Below are positions 47,486-54,334 of a stretch of DNA of 54,334 bases, piece after piece. Under the pieces are notes generated by a model. The model was not told the origin of the DNA. It made no database searches and saw only the letters and a program-made list of their open reading frames with translations. Numbering within the stretch: the first letter of the stretch is position 1; every line of letters starts with the position of its first letter. The translations under genes and the position numbers were made by a program. The DNA is from Patescibacteria group bacterium (GTDB taxonomy: Bacteria; Patescibacteriota; Minisyncoccia; Phycocordibacterales; CAIZLB01): NCBI GenBank assembly GCA_040386515.1, contig JAZKFG010000005.1, forward strand, positions 97,077 to 151,410, in the 5' to 3' direction.

Positions 47486-48142
47486 ATGCAGAAAATCATC
47501 ATCACCGGCAGTAAAGGAATAATAGGAACAATTCTCACACAAGGATTACAAGAAAGTTATGAAATCACAGGTTTAGATTTACCTGAAGCGGATCTAACTG
47601 AAATTCAAACTTTAATTAAAGTAGCTGAAGGAAAATCAGCTATCATTCATTTAGCCTGGGATACACATGCGGGAGACAATATAAACCTGCAAAATCATCG
47701 TATGTTCAAAAACGTGTATCAAGCAGCATTAGACTTTAATATCCCTCGAGTAATTATCGCCAGCTCTGTTCATGCTGATGGTTTCTTATCTCATGATGAA
47801 TCAAGATTATTGTCTCCAAACGAAGCACCTACTCCAAACAGTACGTACGGTGTTAATAAAATAGCCATGGAGACAATGGGAGAGTATTTTGCTGCCCAAG
47901 GTTTAGAAGTAGTGTGCATTCGCTTCGGTGGAGTTTCTCATAACAATGAACCACGACAAGGAGAAAAAGAAGGCCTTGTATTTCTAGATCAGAGAGATAC
48001 TGTTTCACTTATTAAAGCAATTCTGTCTGCAGAAGTTATTCCTAATAATTTTATAGTTCTCTACGCAGTATCTGATAATGCAGGAATAATACATGACATC
48101 AGCAACCCTTTTGGTTGGGTGCCGAAATATGGTCTTCGATAA
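47486..48142 (+). CDS. NAD-dependent epimerase/dehydratase (uronate dehydrogenase-like)
   Basis: ITGSKGIIG, IIHLA, IIASSVHA, YGVNK; promoter TTGATA-N17-TATTAT at 47441-47469. Confidence 0.85.
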   Translation: MQKIIITGSKGIIGTILTQGLQESYEITGLDLPEADLTEIQTLIKVAEGKSAIIHLAWDTHAGDNINLQNHRMFKNVYQAALDFNIPRVIIASSVHADGFLSHDESRLLSPNEAPTPNSTYGVNKIAMETMGEYFAAQGLEVVCIRFGGVSHNNEPRQGEKEGLVFLDQRDTVSLIKAILSAEVIPNNFIVLYAVSDNAGIIHDISNPFGWVPKYGLR

Positions 48143-48186
48143 ATAACTTCATAGAGATTTAATCTTCACAGGAGTATAATTAAACT

Positions 48187-48324
48187 ATGAAAAAACAACA
48201 AGCACCAATCAACAAAAGACAATTGGCACGAAAGTTGGATCACATAGTTATGCCTGCGCGATACGACGGGGTAACACGAAGTGCACGAACGATTGCACAA
48301 GTTAAAAAAGGTAAAGGTAAATAA
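48187..48324 (+). CDS. Small basic protein, 45 aa (below ORF-track cutoff)
   Basis: TATAAT-N6-ATG; MKKQQAPINKRQLARKLDHIVMPARYDGVTRSARTIAQVKKGKGK; terminator follows. Confidence 0.55.
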   Translation: MKKQQAPINKRQLARKLDHIVMPARYDGVTRSARTIAQVKKGKGK

Positions 48325-48326
48325 TT

Positions 48327-48350
48327 AAAAAACACCCGAGAGGGTGTTTT
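48327..48350. terminator. Bidirectional terminator (ACACCC-GAGA-GGGTGT)
   Basis: AAAAAACACCC-GAGA-GGGTGTTTT between convergent genes. Confidence 0.85.
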
Positions 48351-48355
48351 ACTAT

Positions 48356-49168
48356 TTATCTTCCTAATACTTCGACAATCTTTTCCAAAATATTATCAGG
48401 ATTCACCAATGCCTTCACAAGGAAATCTGCACCAAGTGCTGTAGCCTTTTTCTGATCCTCAACCTGACTAAAGTTTGATAGCACAATCACATGCATATCT
48501 TTTGTCTCAGGATCTTTTCGAATCACCTCAAGCACTTCAAATCCATTAATTCCTGGAAGCAACACATCAAGCAATACAAGATCAGGTTTTTGCTTTTTAA
48601 GTTCAGTTAGAGCGTCCTCCCCTGTTGCAGCGTATGCCACGTCTACATTTTTATCTCGCAGTCGAGTAGAAAGTATACTTCCAAGGAAGGTATCGTCTTC
48701 AACCAGGAGAAGTCTTTTGCCAATCAAGATATCAAAACTATCTGCAGTAACATCAACTGACAATTGATGCGATATTGCATCATGAGTAGCAGCAGGTGCT
48801 GTATCACCAAGAATCAATCTCACTTTATCAATAATACTCTGTGTAGTAATATCAGACTTAATCATAAAGTCTACAATTCCCATTTGTTTAATATCAGCAA
48901 TGCTTGCAGGATTCAAAGAGTTAGAAAGTGCAAGAACTGGAATATTTGTGATGGCAGGGTTTTCTTTTTTCTGATGAAGAACTTCAATACCATTTACAAT
49001 TGGCAAGAATACATCAAGCAAAATCAAATCTGGCAGCATTTCGCAAATACACGTATACCCTTTTGCTCCGTCGCGAACTAGTTCTGTTTGATATCCGGCT
49101 GTCTGCAATTTTTGAACAAGCACATCTCCAAGAACAAGATCGTCTTCAATAATAAGAATTTTTTTCAT
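48356..49168 (-). CDS. Response regulator with two receiver domains and no output domain
   Basis: ILIIEDD..PDLILLD..LSN..IKS and LLLVEDD..PDLVLLD..LSN..VKA. Confidence 0.9.
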   Translation of the reverse strand: MKKILIIEDDLVLGDVLVQKLQTAGYQTELVRDGAKGYTCICEMLPDLILLDVFLPIVNGIEVLHQKKENPAITNIPVLALSNSLNPASIADIKQMGIVDFMIKSDITTQSIIDKVRLILGDTAPAATHDAISHQLSVDVTADSFDILIGKRLLLVEDDTFLGSILSTRLRDKNVDVAYAATGEDALTELKKQKPDLVLLDVLLPGINGFEVLEVIRKDPETKDMHVIVLSNFSQVEDQKKATALGADFLVKALVNPDNILEKIVEVLGR

Positions 49169-49183
49169 AGTATACAGTATATT

Positions 49184-50023
49184 TTATACATTAGACTCTA
49201 TCGGTGCTACTGGCAGTGTCACAAAAAATGTTGTACCACTTCCCTCAGCACTCTCAAACCATATTTTTCCTCCATGTCGTTCAACAACCTCCTTGGCAAT
49301 AAAGAGGCCGAGGCCAGATCCAACCGTGTCTACTCGAATAGCATTTCCAGCTCGGAAGAATTTTGTAAATATATGAATCTTTTGTGAATCTGGAATTCCT
49401 ATTCCTGAATCTGTGAAAGACATTTGAACAGAATCACCTTCAATACGCGCTGAGATTTTCACTGTCCCGCCTATGGTTGTATATTTAATAGCGTTTTCTA
49501 TGAGGTTTTGAAATACACCCCGAAGCTTTACTGCATCACCTCGAATACGTATAACTGGCGATAAATCCATTTCCAATGAAATCTTTCGAGCATCAACAAG
49601 CGCCTGCAACTCTGCAGCAACAGCTTTGACACTTTCTGTGACATCAACTTGATCAAACAACACTTGATATTTACCTGATTGAATATGATCTACCTCGAGC
49701 AAATCATTTACAAGGGCAATGAGCCGATCAGTACTGTCTGATGCTTTTTTAATAAAGTTCTTACGATCAAATTCATCACGAAATTCATCATGCAAAAGCA
49801 TGTGCATAATCCACTTAATAGCTGAAAGTGGTGTTCGAAGCTGGTGAGCAGCAATAGAGATAAATTCTGACTTTCGAATATCGAGAGCCTTAAGCTGTTC
49901 ATTCGCTCTGGTTAGAGCAAGATCTCGACGAATAAGAAGCTTAGCAGACTCGTGCTGTTCTGAAAGCACATTTTTAAGTTGTGCTTCGAGTTCTTCAACT
50001 TTTTTCTGTAAATCTGGATTCAT
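49184..50023 (-). CDS. Soluble histidine kinase (HisKA + HATPase), no sensor domain
   Basis: AAHQLRTPL, NLIENAIKYT, DSGIGIP, GSGLGL, GSGTTF. Confidence 0.92.
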   Translation of the reverse strand: MNPDLQKKVEELEAQLKNVLSEQHESAKLLIRRDLALTRANEQLKALDIRKSEFISIAAHQLRTPLSAIKWIMHMLLHDEFRDEFDRKNFIKKASDSTDRLIALVNDLLEVDHIQSGKYQVLFDQVDVTESVKAVAAELQALVDARKISLEMDLSPVIRIRGDAVKLRGVFQNLIENAIKYTTIGGTVKISARIEGDSVQMSFTDSGIGIPDSQKIHIFTKFFRAGNAIRVDTVGSGLGLFIAKEVVERHGGKIWFESAEGSGTTFFVTLPVAPIESNV

Positions 50024-50042
50024 ATAATATGTATGTTACGGA

Positions 50043-51239
50043 TTATGCCAGCGCTGCAATCACCACTGTTTCATTATGGAAAGCAGAATTACATTTTTCA
50101 ATATTCTTAACTTCACCATTCATTGGAGCCTGCTCGCCATATGTATAGAAGCCAATAAGCGGAACTTCTCTACCTAACACTTCTTGAATAGCTGAGATTT
50201 CCTCTCCTGATCGCTGGCCAAAAAGCTTATTTCGTCCAATACAGTTAAAGATAATAATTGCTTGTGGTAACTTCCCGTCAAGCTGTTCAAGAGCATTTTG
50301 CGCAGCGAGCTTTGCCACCTTGATTGCTTCTTCAACACTACCAATCATAAGGCGAATATCAGATCCTTCTGGAAGCTCAGCAGCACATGTGATTGAACCA
50401 TTTGCATCAACAGAAAGCGGGTCACGAATAAGAAGTTCATCACTTCCCTCAACTCGAAGTCCGATCGGATATGTAATAGCAAGTTTTGCCAATGTCTCAG
50501 TCTTAAGAGCAGCCGCTTCTTCCGCACCAAAATAATCTTCATATATTTTAATAGCAGGCTTTCCATCTACCTCATGCAACACTCCACCCTCTGACTTTGT
50601 TACTTTCATTGGCGCTCCAACTGGAATCCATCCGTGCTTTACTCCAATACCTATTTTAAAATCACCACTAAGCCCCAGTCCTACAACACTATCTGTATGT
50701 ACTGTGTCATTTAAATACTGATATGTCTTTTTAAATTGAAAATCATCTCCTGATGCACCGCCCACAACTGGAAAATGGTCACCAAGTGATTCAAGAACTC
50801 CTCGCACTGTGTCTGCCCCATTTCCATTCAACACATCTGGAAACATAAGAAAAGATTTAAGAGCATCACCTGCTTGGGCTTTAATAATATCTGCAACACT
50901 TTTTCCTGCCTCATGTGGACCTTTTGAAACTGGTGTTGCTGACACTGCTGCATAAAACTTAATGTCAGGTGCAGACATAACCATAACTACAATTGAGTTT
51001 CTATCTGTTGGACCAGCTGTACTTATTTCCCCAGCTGTTGATGAACCTACGAGAAGAGCATCACCACTGACTGAGCGAATACCTTTGAGCATTTCTTCTT
51101 GGGCATATTTTGATGAGGCAAACACAATTACTGCATCTGGCTTATTCCCAAGTCTATTAATAGCATCCTGGCATGCTGATGCTCCTGCTAAAAATGAATC
51201 TTCTCCATACCCTACTCCAACAGATGATCGTAATGACAT
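50043..51239 (-). CDS. FIST-domain (NosP-like) sensory protein
   Basis: VGSSTAGEI, PVVGGASGD, HGW.P.G, E.DGKPA, FNCIGR, GFYTYGEQ, FHNETVV. Confidence 0.92.
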   Translation of the reverse strand: MSLRSSVGVGYGEDSFLAGASACQDAINRLGNKPDAVIVFASSKYAQEEMLKGIRSVSGDALLVGSSTAGEISTAGPTDRNSIVVMVMSAPDIKFYAAVSATPVSKGPHEAGKSVADIIKAQAGDALKSFLMFPDVLNGNGADTVRGVLESLGDHFPVVGGASGDDFQFKKTYQYLNDTVHTDSVVGLGLSGDFKIGIGVKHGWIPVGAPMKVTKSEGGVLHEVDGKPAIKIYEDYFGAEEAAALKTETLAKLAITYPIGLRVEGSDELLIRDPLSVDANGSITCAAELPEGSDIRLMIGSVEEAIKVAKLAAQNALEQLDGKLPQAIIIFNCIGRNKLFGQRSGEEISAIQEVLGREVPLIGFYTYGEQAPMNGEVKNIEKCNSAFHNETVVIAALA

Positions 51240-51374
51240 AAGTTTTATTTTATTTACTGTTAATATGGGTTTAGTATATCAAATTAAGGTAGCATACACA
51301 TGCGATTGACAAAAAAATAATAAAAGCTACTCTTATTCGAGGACAACTTACCAACCTGAACGAACTTACCTTTT

Positions 51375-52067
51375 ATGAAAAATAAGAAAACCGCCTTTAT
51401 CACCGGCGCTAACCGCGGACTTGGCCTTGGATTTGTTCAAGTTTTACTTGAGCGGAACTATACTGTTTTTGGCGGAACCAGAGAAATCTCCGATTCCCTC
51501 TTGGAGCACCCCAATCTTCATTGGCTGGAGTGTGATGTAACCAAGAATCCATCCATTCGCTGCGCCTTTGCAACGATTCAAGAACAAGTCGGCTCACTTT
51601 CACTGCTTATCAACAATGCAGGAATTAAGAGTAACTTGGTTAAAAAATCTGGGGAATTATTGAACCTTAACAAGGACAGTTTCCTAAATATCCTTGATAT
51701 CAATCTGGTCAGTCCAGCAATGGTCATTAAAATTATGTCACCGCTTCTAATCGAAGATCCGAGTTACATAATACAAGTTTCAAGCGCTCGAGCCTCACAC
51801 TTTAAAACACCACAAAAAACAGAGGTGGATATTGGGTATGATACGAGTAAAGCAGCATTACTCATGCTTACAGCCTGTTGTGTTTCTGAATTACCTACCG
51901 CCAGAATTATGTCAGTAAACCCTGGCGCTGTGAAAACAGACATGAATCCTAATGGAAAGAATAGCCCCAGGGATAGGGCGGAAGAAATTATTCTTTTAAC
52001 CGAAAACTGGCAGCCTGAATATCAAGGTGGTTTCGTAAAACACGACGGAGGTTTACACCCGCTTTAA
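51375..52067 (+). CDS. Short-chain dehydrogenase/reductase
   Basis: ITGANRGLG, INNAG, VSS, YDTSKAA, VNPGAVKTDM; promoter TTGACA-N16-TACTCT at 51306. Confidence 0.88.
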   Translation: MKNKKTAFITGANRGLGLGFVQVLLERNYTVFGGTREISDSLLEHPNLHWLECDVTKNPSIRCAFATIQEQVGSLSLLINNAGIKSNLVKKSGELLNLNKDSFLNILDINLVSPAMVIKIMSPLLIEDPSYIIQVSSARASHFKTPQKTEVDIGYDTSKAALLMLTACCVSELPTARIMSVNPGAVKTDMNPNGKNSPRDRAEEIILLTENWQPEYQGGFVKHDGGLHPL

Positions 52068-52125
52068 GCCCTTATTACATGAGGAAGTCCTGAAAGACTT
52101 TACATCTTGTAAGGGCTTTTCTCAT
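52068..52125 (+). terminator. Conserved terminator motif, copy C
   Basis: ATGAGGAAGTCCT-gaaaGACTTTACATCTTGTa-AGGGCTTTTCTCAT. Confidence 0.7.
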
Positions 52126-52171
52126 TGACTTATATGGCAAATGTTATACCATGACGCTTAGCACTTTTTAT

Positions 52172-52227
52172 GTTTGAGTAAGGGAATGTATGTCCAACAT
52201 ATAGGATACTCATTTCCCTACTCAAAC
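52172..52227 (+). other. Long bulged hairpin in the 5' leader of an orphan ORF
   Basis: GTTTGAGTA/TACTCAAAC, GGGAATG/CATTTCCC, inner TCC/GGA; downstream of TTGACT-N16-TACCAT (52125-52152). Confidence 0.6.
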
Positions 52228-52241
52228 CACCTATCTCACTT

Positions 52242-52571
52242 ATGAATATATTCTTCAGTTTTAAAGACATACTAATTCAGAACTTGATAACCATGCAGTT
52301 TGCTCTTGATGGTTACTCTGCCACCAAACTATTTAAGGAGTCAGATATTCTCATTACCAACGACGTTGAACTTGCCAAAGCAGACCATGGCAATAGAACA
52401 GTTATTCTGTTACGCATGCCTGATTCTCCTGAAATGACAATCCCTAGCGTGAACAACGTCAATTTCCATTTTATTGATGTTGAAGGCAAAGGCTTCAACG
52501 CCTTTGTCGAAGCTCGACAGATCTTGGATGTCAGGTTTAAAAGAACACAAGAAGCCACTGCACCTGTCTGA
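52242..52571 (+). CDS. Orphan protein in cassette
   Basis: 109-aa ORF followed by terminator ATGCACC...GGTGCAT-TTTT (52598-52632). Confidence 0.6.
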   Translation: MNIFFSFKDILIQNLITMQFALDGYSATKLFKESDILITNDVELAKADHGNRTVILLRMPDSPEMTIPSVNNVNFHFIDVEGKGFNAFVEARQILDVRFKRTQEATAPV

Positions 52572-52652
52572 CAAACCCTGCGAGTTCAACTCTCGCAATG
52601 CACCACCCCCGCGGTCGGTGCATTTTTATTTTCATGCTAAAATGAAATCATC

Positions 52653-53813
52653 ATGAAAAAAATAATATACTCATGCATTATCATATGCACTGTACTTTTA
52701 ACAAACTCAGCGCACGCACAAGAAGCCACAACTTTCTCCCTTGCCGATGGAGTAAAAATATTTAACAAAGCTGTTACAAAAACTCTCCTTAACTCGAAAG
52801 GTGAATTAGCACCTGGCGACAACCCAAAAGAAGTCTATGGATACAAGAGAAATACATTTGATATGTATATTAATGTAGATGTGCAATCTCCTACCCTAAG
52901 TACATCAAGTTTAACTAAAGTACACTCAGTAACAAACTATAAAACTAATCAGACTACAAAAACAAGAATCGAAAGCAGTGCCACAACAATTGCACCAGTC
53001 GTTGCAGGAAAAGAAGGTGACGCCATATTGTTTAGAGTAATTGATAAATATGTTCGAGGAAATCTAACAGAGACATATTTGAGTACTGATGTTGATCAGG
53101 AAAAGGTATACAACATATGGAAAATAAACCCTATTACAGATTTATTTAAAGCAATATTATTACGACAAGGAGTGCCTACAACTTTGTCTAATACTATTAT
53201 TAAAAATATAATAAGTAAAAAATATCTAAAACTAACTGCCGCTGATTTGAAAGCAGGAATATTGCAATCATTAGGAGTTAAGGCTGCAACAATAAATACA
53301 GGCTCAATCGACAAAGAAACTGATTCACTTGATAAAGATATTGCAGGAATGCTTTCTGTAAAACAATATCTTGGCACTGTTAATTATGACGATGTAGAAA
53401 TTCTAACTTCTACTCAAAATAAAGTAACTACAACAAAACTGCATAACCTTGTTCTATCAATTGATTATACAAAATTTGCCCAGTATGCGATAAAAAACAA
53501 AAAGGTTCATACATACACATTTGATGCAGTTCAAGACGGAACAGCAACTGAAGCAGATGTAATCGCAGCATTTAAGAATATATATGAAAATATGGAGGTT
53601 CTAGTGTGGATTGATACAGTAACAAGCGAAGTGAAAGGTTTTGAAATCGAACCATATGGAATAACATATACTTCGCCAAGCGGTATTAAAATTGATATTG
53701 AGATTAGCATGAGTTTAATTGAAGGGCTTACAACTCCAACTGGATATATAGACCCTATTCCAAGCAGGTTTATTACTCTGAAGGAGATTCGAAATATGTT
53801 CTTGAAATACTAA
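52653..53813 (+). CDS. Secreted hypothetical protein
   Basis: Signal peptide ending AHA; 386 aa. Confidence 0.7.
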   Translation: MKKIIYSCIIICTVLLTNSAHAQEATTFSLADGVKIFNKAVTKTLLNSKGELAPGDNPKEVYGYKRNTFDMYINVDVQSPTLSTSSLTKVHSVTNYKTNQTTKTRIESSATTIAPVVAGKEGDAILFRVIDKYVRGNLTETYLSTDVDQEKVYNIWKINPITDLFKAILLRQGVPTTLSNTIIKNIISKKYLKLTAADLKAGILQSLGVKAATINTGSIDKETDSLDKDIAGMLSVKQYLGTVNYDDVEILTSTQNKVTTTKLHNLVLSIDYTKFAQYAIKNKKVHTYTFDAVQDGTATEADVIAAFKNIYENMEVLVWIDTVTSEVKGFEIEPYGITYTSPSGIKIDIEISMSLIEGLTTPTGYIDPIPSRFITLKEIRNMFLKY

Positions 53814-53826
53814 AGAGTAAAGAATC

Positions 53827-53860
53827 AAAAAAAACCGCAGCCATTGTGCCGCGGTTTTTT
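53827..53860. terminator. Bidirectional terminator
   Basis: AAAAAAACCGC...GCGGTTTTTT between convergent genes. Confidence 0.7.
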
Positions 53861-53870
53861 GTTTTACATA

Positions 53871-54275
53871 TTATTTAAAATACTTTTCCAAAATCTCAAA
53901 CCATTCTGTTCCATCATTCGCCTCATGAAAATTATCTTTTGTAACCCAAGAAAACTTATCATGCTCATCGCTAAGCGTTACCTCTCCTGATATATATTCA
54001 CATTCATATCCTACAAGAAAGACTTTCTTTCCATGTAGCTTATGTTCTGGCGGAAATACATTTATCCATGTAGTGAATGGATTTTTAACTTCCACCTCGA
54101 TTCCAGTTTCTTCTCTTACCTCCCGCTTTAATGATTCAATTATATCTAGCTCTCCAATTTGAATTCTTCCTCCTGGAAAATCTAGTCCTTCGATCGGGTC
54201 CCCTAACACAAGCAGCTCATCACCCCTTCTTACAAAAGCTTTTAGTCCAACATAGAACATTTCGTTTTCATCCAT
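53871..54275 (-). CDS. NUDIX hydrolase
   Basis: PGGRIQIGE...SLKREVREETGI Nudix box, LSDEH..FSW. Confidence 0.9.
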   Translation of the reverse strand: MDENEMFYVGLKAFVRRGDELLVLGDPIEGLDFPGGRIQIGELDIIESLKREVREETGIEVEVKNPFTTWINVFPPEHKLHGKKVFLVGYECEYISGEVTLSDEHDKFSWVTKDNFHEANDGTEWFEILEKYFK

Positions 54276-54334
54276 AATTTTATAGTAGCATTTTATCTAA
54301 TTCCAAACTGCCCACTTACTGTTTCTTTCAAAAC

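Noticed and set aside
1-54334. Alternative genetic code (UGA=Gly, code 25)
   Set aside because: Long conserved genes are intact in code 11 and TGA terminates genes (e.g. 19399, 11970).

Overview
AT-rich bacterial chromosome segment (code 11, TGA used as stop). The gene set and style (TrmB regulator, pilin-like leaders, PG-binding surface proteins, single Xer, tRNA-Ile(UAU), no encoded CCA) suggest Patescibacteria/CPR, Parcubacteria-like; this is inference. Housekeeping genes: truB (partial), rplS, RluA-family synthase, ogt, alkD-like, nfi, mutY-like, recG, Xer recombinase, ftsH, MacAB-like ABC exporter, smpB-ssrA, tRNA-Ser(GCT), tRNA-Ile(TAT), a FIST-kinase-regulator operon. Three large secreted SGNH/acetylesterase-PG-binding proteins are also present. 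Main discoveries: (1) directly downstream of tmRNA lies a tandem array of integrase-free promoter-ORF-terminator cassettes, separated by a 53-bp repeat that resembles the tmRNA 3' end, varies like coding sequence on the minus strand, and is closed by a degenerate tRNA-like element; (2) the window uses two expression grammars: native genes look leaderless (TGn-TANNNT-N6-7-ATG), whereas about 15 scattered orphan cassettes have -35/-10 promoters, A/C-rich SD-less leaders and long bulged terminators (three share a conserved motif), and include a PEP-CTERM protein triplet that looks foreign or host-derived. All calls were made by eye, without database searches.
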